DNA from: Octopus sinensis
Taxonomy: Eukaryota
Assembly: GCF_006345805.1 (NCBI RefSeq)
Contig: NC_042997.1
Coordinates: 193,626,001-193,690,000, forward strand
Direction: 5' to 3'
DNA: 64,000 nucleotides
Shown one piece after another: positions 13,381 through 26,877 of this stretch. The position numbers and the translations under genes are program-made. The stretch's first letter is position 1. Every line of letters starts with the position of its first letter. The notes below the pieces were generated by a model. That model searched no databases. It saw only the letters and a program-made list of their open reading frames with translations, and had not been told where the DNA came from.

Positions 13381-15290
13381 ATTCCCATACATAACTGCAT
13401 AAGAGACAGGAGGAACAAAATAAGAGAGATACATCAACACCTGTTCTACACCAGAGAGACATTAGAAAGAGAAGATTTTTTTTCTCCCTGCAGCAAAATT
13501 AAGTTAATGTATATATACGTGAATATTTACTTAATTCTAAACAGGTTTATTAGTTCTTAAACGTGCTTTTTGAAGAAAAAAATATCCGGTTTTCACATCA
13601 TACGTTGCTTAGTGATTTATTTTAAAGTTCCAAGACAGTTAATATACCTATTTACAATTGTATTTTTATGTTCTCTTTGAAAATAAATAAGATGCCGTTT
13701 TTCGAAAAAAATAAAGCGATCAAAATATAAAAAAATAAAATGATAATAAATACATTTTGTTTGCTTATTTATAAGCGCGAATCTGTTGAAATGTAGAGTA
13801 GAAATGATTTATGTAAGAGTTTTCTCGGAGGGATCATAAAAACAAAAAAAAATAAATGAATAAATAAACATGAAGCCACAAAATTACATTGATTTATTAC
13901 GTCCGTGCAAATCACAAGACTTATAAAGCCAAAGTGGATGAAATTGAAGTGAAGTGTCTACAGTTGTGATCGGTAACCAGGTCATAGTGTAAGGCTTTCA
14001 GAGCTTTCTGCTACTTAACAGTGGTCGACATTCTAATCAAAATTGTATTGAGAAATATAGCCAACAGAGTATATAAATATTTTATGAAGTATATCAGCTA
14101 TATAAATTATAACCGTTTCTTTTAAATTATGCACAAAAAGTCTTGTATTTCAAGGGAATCTGGAGAATGAGATATTACTATGGTCGTCTATTTCTCGCCC
14201 CCCCATCTCTCTCTCCTCTGTCTATTTCTCTCTCTCCCTCTATTTCTCTTTCTGTTTCTCTCTCTCGTGTGTGTGTGTATAGTGGGGGCGGGGGGTCTTT
14301 CCAATTTTATTATCAGGGTTTTATTGAAGCTAAGTTGCATCAACTTAGAATCGAAGCAAGATGGACGTCTCCCGAGAAGCCTACTTCTAACGTCGTGGTG
14401 CACGGCAAAATCATATCGGAAACTAAAATCCAATATGTAAATAATATATCTATTCCATAAATCTTATCAACTCCATAAATCATCCTGGAATTCTGATTTA
14501 ATCAATTGGCTTTGGTTTAATATTTAGAAGAGACACAGTGATCTGGCTACGTTGTTTAAAACACAATTATTGGTTTTACATGACACGTTAGGATTTGAAC
14601 TAAAATAAATTGAAAGATACCGATCAATTTGGTGTCTGATTCTATTTGCGGAATAATCTATATTAAAATACAGTGCAATCTCTCTGGATATTAATCCAAT
14701 TGCAATAACTTGCTCATATTTATTCATTAATTCCGTGAACAGTTGATAGAACAAGTCTCCTGTACATTGTGATGTCAAACTATTGAGGATTTGCAAAATT
14801 GGTCGCAAACACTTGATTTCTATCTACGTCTATCGTTGCTTCTTCGTCATTATGCTGCAGGTTGGGTGTCTATCTTTTATTCTTTTATTTGCTTCAGTTA
14901 TTAGACTGCGGCCAAACTGGGACACCGCCTTGAAGAATTTTAATCGAACGAATCGACCTCAGTACTTTTTTGGGTTTTTAAAGCCTGGTAATTATTCTAC
15001 CAGTCTTAAAATTTCTTTCAACACACGAATTCACATCAAGAATCTTGCAAACCAGAAACAAAAAACGAAATATATACATATGTATGTGTGTATGCGTGTG
15101 TGTATGACCACGTACGCGCGCGTTGTGTACACACTCACATACATAATTATATATGTGTGTTTGTGCATGTATATATATGTATATATGGGGTAAATGTAGG
15201 CGTCTTCAAACCAAAACTGAGAGGGAAGTCATGCTTCTTCATTTACAGTCGATACCAGCAAATTGTGTGTGTATATGTGTGTATATATAT

Positions 15291-15322
<32 letters not shown>

Positions 15323-15324
<2 letters not shown>

Positions 15325-15494
15325 ATTCATAAATAAGGGCAAACGAAAAAATTTCTAATGCCAAATATGCCGAAAAATTGGACATATTGTCCATTAACCA
15401 TGTAATTTTTTCACAATTTTTCATGGACAATATGTCCAATTTTTCGGCATGTTTGGCATTAGAAATTTTTTCGTTTGCCCTTATTTATGAATTG
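15323..15494. repeat. Hairpin, 72-bp arms with one mismatch, 28-nt loop
   Basis: 15323-15394 is the reverse complement of 15423-15494. Confidence 0.9.
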
Positions 15495-15577
15495 TTTATA
15501 AATTTAACCTTTATAGGTATTTTTTAATATGCTGGCCATTGATAAAATTTTTTTCGAAAAAAATGTAATCCTACATT

Positions 15578-15636
<59 letters not shown>

Positions 15637-16506
15637 ATATATATATATAATGAGGATATAGAGACGGGAGAAGAGTAGTTAAAGAAACCAACTCCAGTGC
15701 GTGTTGAATGGCCGTTGTTTTTAAATAAAATAAGGACATTTTTCCTTGGCACGAAAGGAAAAACGCCCTTGTTTTATTTAAAAACAACGATCATATATAT
15801 ATATATATATATACCCACAAACGCGATTCATTTACTGAATCTGTTCACAAGGCTTTGGTGGTCCCGAGTCTATAGCAGAAGACACTTTCCCTGGGTTCTA
15901 CACGGTGGGACTGAACTTGGAACCATGTAGTTGCGAAGCAAACTTCTTACTACACAGCCAAGCAACAAAGAACTTTATATCATAAAAATGAATATAAAGT
16001 TCTGAAAATTTGCAATGTCTTATAATTCATGTATTTAACTGGGACACAATTTTAATGCCAGACGAGTGTGATTACATTGTGCAAACATTTTACGTGGTCA
16101 TTAAAAAAAACATTCTGTCGGGTTTTGTTCAACACAACGACGTTGGTTCAAGGACAATCACTATATTTACGATAGAACGAGAGACAAGATAGCTCTAGCG
16201 GAACAAATAGCAGAAAGGAAATTTTATTTGAAACCACCGATTTATCCTGTTTCTTTTCACGTCCATATATACAACTTTCGCCGATGTTCGTCGGCTCACA
16301 CACACATACACTTACACATGTATACGCACACACACACATAATATATATGTATGTATACACACACACACACATATATGTCTGTGTGTGTATACGTATATTT
16401 ATATATATATATACATTTATATATTTGCACATACAAGCATTCATATATACTATATATAAATGTGTGTGTATATATATATATATACACACACACCACACAC
16501 ACACAC

Positions 16507-16544
<38 letters not shown>

Positions 16545-16547
<3 letters not shown>

Positions 16548-16920
16548 TCTTTACTCTTTTACTTGTTTCAGTCATTTGTCTGTGGCCATGCTGGAGCACC
16601 GCCTTTAGTCGAGCAAATCGACCCCAGGACTTATTCTTTGTAAGCCTAGTACTTATTCTATGGGTCTCTTGCCGAACCGCTAAGTTACGGGGACGTAAAC
16701 GCACTAGCATCGGTTGTCAAGCGATGCTGGGGGGACAAACACAGACACACAAACACATACATACACATATATATATATATATACATATATACGACGGACT
16801 TCTTTCAGTTTCCGTCTACCAAATCCACTCACAAGGCTTTGGTCGACCTGAGGTGCCACGCAGTGGGACTGAACCCGGAACCATGTTGTAGGTAAGCAAG
16901 CTACTTACCACACAGCCACT
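16545..16920 (-). mobile_element. SINE-C
   Basis: Reverse complement of the family consensus, both halves present. Confidence 0.9.
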
Positions 16921-16950
16921 ATATATATATAAATATATACCTACATACAT

Positions 16951-17669
16951 ATAATTCTGGGATGGATTTTATAAATATTTAATACATCGTTACATACGTT
17001 TCCACAAATCACAAGATTTTAACTTCAGCTATAGCTAAGTTTGGCCTTCATACTGGCAAGAAGGGATAAACATCCCTCTGTGATTCATCCAATAATGTAG
17101 TATCGGCTGATGAGTGGAGGCGCAATGGCCCAGTGGTTAGGGCAGCGGACTCGCGGTCGTAGGATCGCGGTTTCGATTCCCAGACCGGGCGTTGTGAGTG
17201 TTTATTGAGCGAAAACACCTAAAGCTCCACAAGGCTCCGGCAGGGGATGGTGGTGATCCCTGCTGTACTCTTTCACCACAACTTTCTCTCTCACTCTTAC
17301 TTCCTGTTTCTGTTGTACCGGTATTTCAAAGGGCTAGCCTTGTCACTCTCTGTGACATGCTGAATATCCCCGAGAACTGCGCTAAGGGTACACATGTCTG
17401 TGGAGTGCTCAGCCACTTACACGTTAATTTCACGAGCAGGCTGTTCCGTTGATCGGCTCAACCGGAACCCTCGTCGTCGTAACCGACGGAGTGCTTCCAT
17501 CGGCTGATGAAATGAATCAATGATGATGATGATCAACCGGTTGCCCACGGATAATACACACTACACTGTACTAATCCCAAGGATACCGACTCTGATGTCA
17601 AAATCATGTGATTTGTGGAAACATATGTAGCAATGTATTAACTATTTATAAATTCCATCCTAGAATTAT
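16951..17669. mobile_element. MITE-like element with ~73-bp terminal inverted repeats, interrupted by a SINE
   Basis: 16951-17023 vs reverse complement of 17597-17669 (ataattct.ggatgga.tttataaata...tttccacaaatcaca.gatttt.ac). Confidence 0.75.
17115..17498 (+). mobile_element. SINE-A with tail type i; TSD atcggctgatga
   Basis: Intact A/B boxes; 12-bp target-site duplication on both sides. Confidence 0.92.
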
Positions 17670-17674
17670 TATAT

Positions 17675-18068
17675 AAGGCGACGAGCTGGTAGAAACGTTA
17701 GCACGCCGGGCGAAATGCGTAGCCGTATTTCGTCTGCTGTTACGTTCTGAGTTCAAATTCTGCCGAGGTCGACTTTGCCTTTCATCCTTTCGGGGTCGAT
17801 AAATTAAGTACCAGTTACGCACTGGGGGTCGATATAATCGACTTAATGCGTTTGTCTGTCCTTGTTTGTCCTCTCTGTGTTTAGCCCCTTGTGGGTAGTA
17901 AAGAAATAGGTATTTCACCCGTCACTACGTTCTGAGTTCAAATTGCCCCGAGGTCGACTTTACTTTTCATCCTTTTAGGGTCGTTAAATTAATTACAAGT
18001 TCAGTACTCAACTGGATCGACTATCCCCCTCCATCAAATTTCAAGCCTTGGGCCTATAATAGAAAGGA
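17675..18068 (+). mobile_element. SINE-D dimer (long-tail + short-tail monomer)
   Basis: Head ggcg.cgagctgg.agaaacgttagcacg; second monomer restarts at gtatttc. Confidence 0.9.
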
Positions 18069-18206
18069 TTATTATGTTTATCCTACATTATATCGGCATA
18101 ACCATTATGCAACCCTGAAAAACTGACTCACTAGTCAGTATCATCAGACGCTAGCCAGCCTAATGAAACAGGAGTTTTATTTGCATACCGTCAAAGTTAC
18201 CTTAGA

Positions 18207-18587
18207 GGCTGTGTGGTAAGTAGCTTGCTTACCAACCACATGGTTCCGGATTCAGTCCCACTGCGTGGTATCTTGGGCAAGTGTTTTCTACTATAGCCTC
18301 GGGCCAACCAAAGCCTTGTGAGTGGATTTGGTAGGCGAAAACTGAAAGAAGCCCGTCGTATATATGTATGTATATATATATGTTTGTGTGTCTGTGTTTG
18401 TCCTCCTAGCATTGCTTGACAACCGATGCTGGTGTGTTTACGTCCCCGTCAATTAGCGGTTCGGCAAAAGAGACCGATAGAATAAGTACTAGACTTACAA
18501 AGAATAAGTCCTGGGGTCGATTTGCTCGACTAAAGGCGGTGCTCCAGCATGGCCGCAGTCAAATGACTAAAACAAGTAAAGAGTAAA
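18207..18587 (+). mobile_element. SINE-C
   Basis: Family consensus, both halves. Confidence 0.9.
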
Positions 18588-18940
18588 TATATATATATAT
18601 GTGTGTGTGTGTGTATATAATCCGCCTAGGTGGCGCTAAATTTCGAAACCGGTACCGAGTTGACTAGCATCTACTTGTTCTGACCCATTTGAGGTAAGAC
18701 AATATTGTTCACTGATATTTTTTCCTATCTTCTCTGTAATAGATTTGTGACTCTTCGGGGGTACAGAAGTATTTTTTGACTTCTATCATTAGCGATATAG
18801 GTACTCATGTAGTACCCTTGTGTATATATGTACATATCTAATATTGTATGTATATATTTTATTAATTTGCTTGTACGGCTGATAATTCGATTACCACTTG
18901 TGATGGTATTTTAATAATACCATCCCTATATTTATATATA

Positions 18941-18973
<33 letters not shown>

Positions 18974-19249
18974 CATACATACACTCATACATATACATAC
19001 TCACACACATGTACGCACCTACACCTACCGACTTTGGTACGTACTTATCATCTGAACGAGGTAAATTTGGTTGCTATTTCTAACAGTTAAAGATTACTTA
19101 AAGTTTTCAGTATTGACTCGTCAAATCCTGGTATTTTCATGAGTATCGCTTTAAACACTAGAGTAATCAGATTACTGTAATAAATCCTCATAACATTTCG
19201 GTTATGTTCTAGCTAAATAGAATTTATCCTTCCGAATCCCAGATAAATA

Positions 19250-19882
19250 ATCTTTTCTACTCTAGGCACAAATCCCGATATTTTTGGAGGCGGGGACTAG
19301 TCGATTAGATCGACCACAGTACGAAACTGGTGCTTAATTTATCGATCCCAAAAGGATGAAAGGCAAAGTCGACCTCGGCAGAATTTGAACTCTGAACGTA
19401 AAGACAGGCGAAATATCTATTTCTTTACTGCCCACAAGGGGCTAAACACAAAGGGGACAAACAAGGACAGACAAACGGATTAAGTCGATTATATCGATAC
19501 CAGTGCGTAACTGGTACTTATTTAATCGACCCCGAAAGGATGAAAGGCAAATTTGACCTCGGTGGAATTTGAACTCAGAACGTAGCGGCAGACAAAATAC
19601 CTATTTCTTTACTACCCACAAGGGGCTAAACACAGAGAGGACAAACAAGGAAAGACAAACGGATTAAGTCGATTATATCGACCCCAGTGCGTAACTGGAA
19701 CTTATTTAATCGACCCCGAAAGGATGAAAGGCAAAGTCAACCTCGGCGGAATTTGAACTCAGAACGTAACAGCAGACGAAATACAGCTACGCTTTTCGGC
19801 TGGCGTGCTAACGTTTCTGCCAGACAAAATACCGCTAAGCGTTTCGCGCGGGGCGCTTACGTTTCTGCCAGCTCGCCGCCTT
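19250..19882 (-). mobile_element. SINE-D trimer; 17-bp TSD cgaatcccagataaata
   Basis: TSD at 19233-19249 and 19883-19899 flanks three core copies. Confidence 0.9.
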
Positions 19883-20090
19883 CGAATCCCAGATAAATAC
19901 TATTACCTTTTCACAGCTGTAACCGGACCAAAGATTCGAACTAGCGTCAGAAGGATGCATTGTTCGTATCCTAGTAGCAGTTTTTCAGTGTCCGTGATCA
20001 AGCTACTTAATGTTCAAACTAGTAGTCAATAAATACGTAGCGTGTGGGAGAGTGGGGAGAAAGACAGCCTGACAGAAAGGGAGAGAGAAA

Positions 20091-20126
<36 letters not shown>

Positions 20127-20719
20127 AAGAGAGAGAGCATGAGAGAAAGAGAGAGCGTGAGAGAGAAAGAGAGCGAGAAAGAGAGAGAAGAAGAGGGAGA
20201 GTGAGAGAGAGAAAGAGAGAGACAGACAGACTGATAGACAAACTAAAAGAGAGAGTGTGTGACTGTGTATTGTGTGCAGTGTGTGTGTTTGCACGCGTGC
20301 ATGCGTGCGTGCGTGCGTGCGTGCTTGCGTGCGTGCGTGCAGTATAATTAAAATGAATATTTTACAATTATATTAGGATTTCGTTAGATTGAATTCAAAT
20401 CCTCCCCAATGATTCGGTTCCAGAATAATGGTGGACACATACACCTATGTGCGCTGCATATATAAAAGGAAGCCTATATGTGGTTGCTCGACTTGGTAGA
20501 AATAACAACCAAAGCTGCTTCAAAGTACCCTTCTCTGTTTAAATAAGTGCTTGCTTAATCAGAGTTGACCAGGGATTAAGCGAGAACAACAGCAACAACA
20601 ACATACATACAAGCGAGGAAGTCATTATGTGGTTTCTTTGCATGCTCGAAACTGCAGCCAAATCTTTTTTAATCCACACCTTATCGTCTTAATAAAGGAT
20701 GTACAAGATTATATAGTTC

Positions 20720-21450
20720 GGGGTGCATTATCACGTCATCACGTGATCGAACGGACTATCGGATGTTGTCGTACATCTCTGGTCACAATGCGCTTTGCAT
20801 CGTTTTGGTTTTCGAATGATGCCACTCTGCAGGGTAGGCGAACAGACCAACATGCACTCTGATTTGAAGGCTTGTCCATCGCAGGGTTACCCATTTACAA
20901 CTGAGTGGACTGGAGCAACGAGAAATGAAATGTTTTGCTCAAGAATACAACATACCACCCAGTGCTGAAATCGAACCCGCGATCAAGCGATCGTTAGTGG
21001 AACACCCTAACCTATTTCTTTACTGCCCACAAGGGGCTAAACACAGAGAGGACAAACAAGGACAGACAAGCGGATTAAATTTAAATATATCGACCCCAGT
21101 GCGTAACTGGTACTTATTTAATCGACCCCCAAAAGATGAAAGGCAAAGTCGACCTCGGCGGAATTTGAACTCAGAATGTAACGGCAGACGAAATACCTAT
21201 TTCTTTACTACCCACAAGGGGCTAAACACAGAGAGGACAAACAAGGACAGACAAAGGGATTAAGTCGATTACATCGACCCCAGTGCGTAACTGGTACTTT
21301 ATTTATCGACCCACGAAAGGATGAAAGGCAAAGTCGACCTCGACGGAATTTGAACTCAGAACGTAACGGCTGACGAAAATACGGCTACGTATTTCGTCCG
21401 GCGTGCTAACGTTTCTGCCAGCTCGCCGCCTTGGAACACCCTAACCTAGT
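20720..21450 (-). mobile_element. Older SINE-B with tail type ii, interrupted by a SINE-D dimer
   Basis: ttgctccagtccactcagttg body on the - strand; tail tcacgtgatc..actatc.gatgttg like 11903-11960. Confidence 0.7.
21015..21431 (-). mobile_element. SINE-D dimer; 17-bp TSD tggaacaccctaaccta
   Basis: TSD at 20998-21014 and 21432-21448. Confidence 0.9.
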
Positions 21451-21565
21451 GGTTTTCATTGTCCGTGATCAAGCTACTTAATGTTCAAACTAGTAGTCAA
21501 TAAATACGTTGTGTGTTGCACTAACGATAGCCTTTGGAGATTACATTATACTTGTAAAAAATATA

Positions 21566-21797
21566 TATTTCTTTACTACCCACAAGGGGCTAAACGCAGG
21601 GGGGACAAACAAGGACAGACAAACGGATTAAGTCGATTATATCGACCCCAGTGCGTAACTGGTACTTATTTAATCGACCCTGAAAGGATGAAAGGCAAAG
21701 TCGACCTCGGCGGAATTTGAACTCAGAACGTAGCGGCAGACGAAATACGGCTACGCATTTCGCCTGGCGTGCTAACGTTTCTGCCAGCTCGCCGCCT
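21566..21797 (-). mobile_element. SINE-D monomer
   Basis: Full head-to-tail consensus. Confidence 0.9.
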
Positions 21798-23329
21798 TTT
21801 AAAAAATACTTGTAAATAATATAGAGTGGCCATATCTGGACTGTCTTTGGTCTTAGATTTTCTCCATCGGAGTTAGGACGACAAAATATTCTTCAACTGG
21901 TGTCGCTACGACCCAATAGCTTGTGAGATTCATATCGTATGATTCGAAATATAACTATATGCCATGTGAAAAATATTATTCGGCTGAAGTTATTAATTGA
22001 AGCTGTAGAGAGCAAAGCGGAATGAGTTTTTTGACATTTATGACGATCTGAAGCGTATTGATGACTGGATTGAGGCATAATGACTGTAGTCTGGAATTTA
22101 GATCGTTAAAAATCTGTCAAAAAAATTATATTCCTTCCAACTATTTCTCCCATAGGATTGGTAGGCGAGAGAAAACGTGGAATGACAGTTATGACATTCC
22201 TCTGTCAAGTGTATCAAATGTGTAATTGCAGTTTGTCCGCTCAACCAAATTTTCCCCGGTCGCTCGAAAGAGCTTTATGAAGCTGAAGGTTCAGCTGGGA
22301 AAAGGAAATAAAGAAACCATGTACTAATGGATCAAAAAATGAAGGGTACCACAAAACTGACAAGGATAGACTGATCACGATCCGACCTGAAGAAAGGGTC
22401 GTCGCTGGTGTTGGGAAGTTTCTTGGTGATACAAATTTTGAACTTCTGATGGAATGCCAGCCGAACGTTAATAGGGATTATCTTGTGCCTTGAAGCTGGT
22501 AATCCAAAGTTTGCTCAAGAATACAACATACCACCCACTGCTTAAATCGAACCCGCGATCAAGCAATCGTTAGTGGAACACCCTAACCTATTTCTTTACT
22601 GCCCACAAGGGGCTAAACACAGAGATGACAAACAAGGACAGACAAGCGGATTAAAGTTAATAGGGATTATCTTGTGCCTTGAAGCTGGTAATCCAAATTT
22701 TGAACTTCTGATGGAATGTCTGCCAAACGAAAATAGCGATTAACTTGCGCCTCGAAGCTGATAATCCAAAATATCTGATGGTATGTCTGTTGTATAAAGC
22801 GTGAACAGCAATCAAAGCCGTGCTTTAAAAGTGGTAAGAGATTACGCCTCAACGGAGACAGAATGGTAAGACTTCTTCAGATGTCTGAAATATTCCTTGA
22901 TCAGACTAATGAATTAATTCGTGTTAACACGCGATGTAAGACAAGCACACGAAAGCTATTCGATGGGTCCTGGTAGCAGAGGTGGAATGTGACGCACTTG
23001 CAGTCTTTGATTGTCCATAATAGTGCAATGTAGCCCAGTAACAAACATACGGCTGTATGTTGTATTTCAGCAGTTCTTTGCCGACCTGTTTAAGGGAAGC
23101 TGGTGACAAGGTGACAATGGATTTTAAAGCTTACATCGATACTTTTGACACTACTCTTAGAAAAAGGGTAGATGCTATGTAAAGAGAATGCGAGATACGA
23201 CATTTACTGGGAGCCTCAAACAAATCCGTCTTTGTTCCTATTTCAGTTGACGTACTCCACAACTAGCGGTGGACTGACAAAATTTTTAGCCGTGTGTATC
23301 AGGGAGAGTGTTCGTAATGCACAAAGAAG

Positions 23330-24300
23330 GATGCAGACAAGAGCAGAAGGCATATGTTTTAGCTTTAGGCCAATATGTACGCTAAATGTAGAGTTTAAGA
23401 TTTTCGTCAGTCGATTAAATTTAGGCGTGTTATCGGGACGACACAAACATATGCGATCCAGGAATGTTTATTCTACACAACCAATACTCATGGAATACAT
23501 AGTAGAGAGGTTTGAATGTTAATCGGGTATTGATGGAGAAGAAATCAATAATCTATCTATAAAATCTTTTCTACTCTAGGCACAAAGCCTGAAATTTTGG
23601 GGGAGGGGCCAGTCGATTACATCGACCCCAGTACGTAACTGATACTTAATTTATCGACCCCGAAAGGATGAAAGGCAAAATCGACCTCGGTGGAATTTGA
23701 ACTCAGAACGTAACCGCAGACGAAATACCTATTTCTTTACTACACACAAGGGGCTAAACACAGAGAGGACATACAAGGACAGACAAATGGATTAAGTCGA
23801 TTATATCGACCCCAGTGCGTAACTGGTACTTAATTTATCGACCCCGAAAGTATGAAAGGCAAAGTCGACCTCGGCGGAATTTGAACTCAGAACATAGCGG
23901 CAGACGAAATACCTATTTCTATTTCTTTACTACCCACAAGGGGCTAAACACAGAGAGGACAAACAAGGACAGACAAACGGATTAAGTCTATTACATCGAC
24001 CCCCAGTGCTTAACTGGTACTTATTTAATCGACCCTGAAAGGATGAAAGGCAAAGTCGGTGGAATTTGAACTCAGAACGTAACGACAGACAAAATACGGC
24101 TACGTATTTCGTCCGGCGTGCTAACGTTTCCGCCAGCTTGCCGCCTTAATCTATCTATAGAATGCATGAAGCAATATAGAGCAACTCAAATTCAATGAAC
24201 ATGTAAAAGATTGCAGAAAAAATCATTCAGAGTGAGCTAATTTGCTGTACGAGGAAGGCGTGAAAGTTCAACGTTTGGGACATTTGTCCTTCGGAGAGAA
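23330..24300 (+). pseudogene. Highly decayed LINE RT remnant, L1/Tx1-like, split by a SINE-D trimer
   Basis: FRPICTLNVEFKIF at 23364-23405 resembles the RT motif RPISLLNVDYKI; the rest is heavily degraded. Confidence 0.45.
23562..24146 (-). mobile_element. SINE-D trimer; 13-bp TSD taatctatctata
   Basis: TSD at 23549-23561 and 24147-24159. Confidence 0.92.
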
Positions 24301-24548
24301 ACTGATATTACAGTCATAAAGAGGCGAACGAACATGTAATCTAAGTGCCTCAATCTCTTCTCCTACAACACAGAATGACAATAAAATGAATGTTGGTGAT
24401 GAATACCACTTAGCTATCATGACGTCCTTTGTTTCTTAATTAGTTGTATCGAAATAAAAACTTTCTTATCTTTGATTTGCCCACAACACTATTTCACTTT
24501 ATCCTTAGTCAAATAGGTTCTCATGTCACACACCCATACGTATATACG

Positions 24549-24581
<33 letters not shown>

Positions 24582-24725
24582 ATACAGTCGCATACGCACA
24601 CACGAAAGAATCTTCAAATTTCGCACCGGACTGAGTCACCGTCTTCTCAACATCCGGCTGAAACCTCGTTGGTATTCCTTAATCTCCAAACAGACATTGT
24701 AGAACTACGATACATGGTCGATACT

Positions 24726-24958
24726 AAGGCGGTGAGCTGGTAGAGTCATTAGCACGCCGGGCGAAATGCGTAGCCGTATTTCGTCTGTCTTTACGTTCCG
24801 AGTTCAAATTCCGCCGAGGTCGACTTTGCCTTTCATCCTTTCGGAGTCGATAAATTAAGTACCAGTTAAGCACTGGGGTCGATATAATCGACTTAATCCG
24901 TTTGCCTGTCCTTGTTTGTCCCCTCTGTGTGTAGCCCCTTGTGGGTAGTAAAGAAATA
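24726..24958 (+). mobile_element. SINE-D monomer; TSD gatacatggtcgatac
   Basis: Consensus plus flanking duplication. Confidence 0.92.
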
Positions 24959-25675
24959 GATACATGGTCGATACCACCGTGGCAGCAGAATGAACATCAC
25001 ACAATCTCATTGCAATTCCTCTTTCTCAGACAACTGGAATTGATAATGTTTTCACGATCTTGTGAAAAACCAATACAATAAACAAATTATGCAGATAATT
25101 CCTAGAATTATCACGTTGCTAAGCTACAACTAGCTTTATTTTCGCATTTTTATTTTTCTTATAACTTATCTTTTTTATATAAGTTATTGTCAGAAATACC
25201 AGTAACTATGCTAATTCTGGATGAATAATACAAAAACTTATTTTAATTTAATTATCCTTTGCTTAAAGACAAGAATTCCATTCTAAAAATACCATTGCTC
25301 CTCACCCATTCATCTACCCCCGTTTAATCTAAAAGTAGAAACTGAAAAAGCAATATCTAAATCGGACTCAAAATAAAGAATTCCCAAAATACACAAAATA
25401 TTTTTGGTAAGTAATATTTCTTGATATTAAAAGGCGATGGCTACAAGATTCTAGTGTCCGCCGGTTGTTAGGCGGGAAAGAGGAAATTTGGAGTTGCTGA
25501 GAAGACGTATTTAATTATAGCTAAATTTCTATTAGCACGGTTAATGAAGTTAGCGTTAAATACGCAATTAGATATATTTACCTTCTTTTCCTTGTTTCAG
25601 TCATTGGACTGCGGCCATACTGGAGCAACACCTTGAAGGATTTCAGTTGAACAAATCGACCCCACTTGATTTTTG

Positions 25676-26011
25676 AAGGCGCATGGCTCAGTGGTTAGAG
25701 CGTCGAGCTTATGATCGTGAGGTTGTGAGCTCGAATCCCGGACCGGGCTGCGTGTTGTGTTCTTGAGCAAGGCACTTTATTTCACGTTGCTCCAGTTCAC
25801 TCAGCTGTAGAAATGAGTTGCGACATCACTGGTGCCAAGCTGTATCGACCTTTGTCTTTCCCTTGGATAACACTGGTGGCGTGGAGAGGGGAGGCTGGTA
25901 TGCATGGGCGACTGCTGGTCTTCCATAAACAACCTTGCCCGGACTTGTGTCTAGGAGGGTAACTTTCTAGGTGCAATCCCATGGTCATTCATGACCGAAG
26001 GGGGTCTTTAC

Positions 26012-26014
<3 letters not shown>
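25676..26014 (+). mobile_element. SINE-B (same subtype as 4541-4879)
   Basis: tRNA-like head; tail ..gtaactttctaggtgc.atcccatgg..catgaccgaagggggtctt. Confidence 0.9.
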
Positions 26015-26048
<34 letters not shown>

Positions 26049-26053
<5 letters not shown>

Positions 26054-26232
26054 AGAGTTCACGAAAAAAAAAACAAAGACAGGTGGTGTAGAAAATAAAC
26101 AGATGTATTAGTATAACGCTCAGGAATTGAAAAAAGTCTTTTACGTTTCGAGCCTACGCTCTTCTACAGAAAGGAACACAGAAAGAAACAAGGAGAGAAA
26201 AAATGTGTGTAGTGGCTACCGATCTATCATAA
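26049..26232 (-). mobile_element. Hammerhead-like ~200-bp element (motif 26138-26173)
   Basis: Reverse complement reads cttt-CTGTAGA-A-GAGcgtaggCTC-GAAAC-GTA-aaag; (TA)n on the left flank. Confidence 0.7.
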
Positions 26233-26715
26233 AGTTAAATTTTTTTATAAAGTATGTTTTTAAGTATACTTCACAATATATGGAGTCTATTAAGAAGTGC
26301 TCATTGCGAGCTAAATCGAAGGATAGGGGAAATTATAGAAGGAACACATCTAAGCAATCAGTACAAATTCCAAAGCATAATTTAAAACAGACAACGAAAT
26401 TAATATACATATAAATTTATAAATAAGTGAACAAAATTAGTGAACAAAATTTGTAATTTTGTTCACTGATATATAAGTTTATAAACTTAGATAAACTTAG
26501 ATATGTTTCGACCAAAGATTGGTCCAGGCCATGTCTAACTTAATAGCACCACCTGATAGGATTATTCGAATCCTGTTTAAGTCAAGTTTTGTTTAAGTCA
26601 AGTTTTGTTCAAGCAGTGAGTTCTTGTTGGGTGAGTTGTATCCGAATTATGCTTTGGAATTTGTATTAATTTCTATATGTGTTCCTTCTATAATTTTCCT
26701 TATCCCTTGTGTGTG

Positions 26716-26766
<51 letters not shown>

Positions 26767-26807
26767 GTGTGTGTGTGTGTGTGTGTGTGTATTTGTGTGT
26801 GTGTGTT

Positions 26808-26853
<46 letters not shown>

Positions 26854-26877
26854 GTATATATATATTCACGCACAAAG

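Noticed and set aside
17115-17190. tRNA genes at SINE-A/B heads
   Set aside because: A/B boxes are present but there is no complete cloverleaf, and each runs into a SINE body, several with TSDs.
26490-26550. Hammerhead-like piece on the - strand (CTG-GACCaatctttGGTC-GAAAC-ATATC)
   Set aside because: Stem II and GAAAC are present but the ANGA of the core is missing; at best a dead Penelope-type relic.
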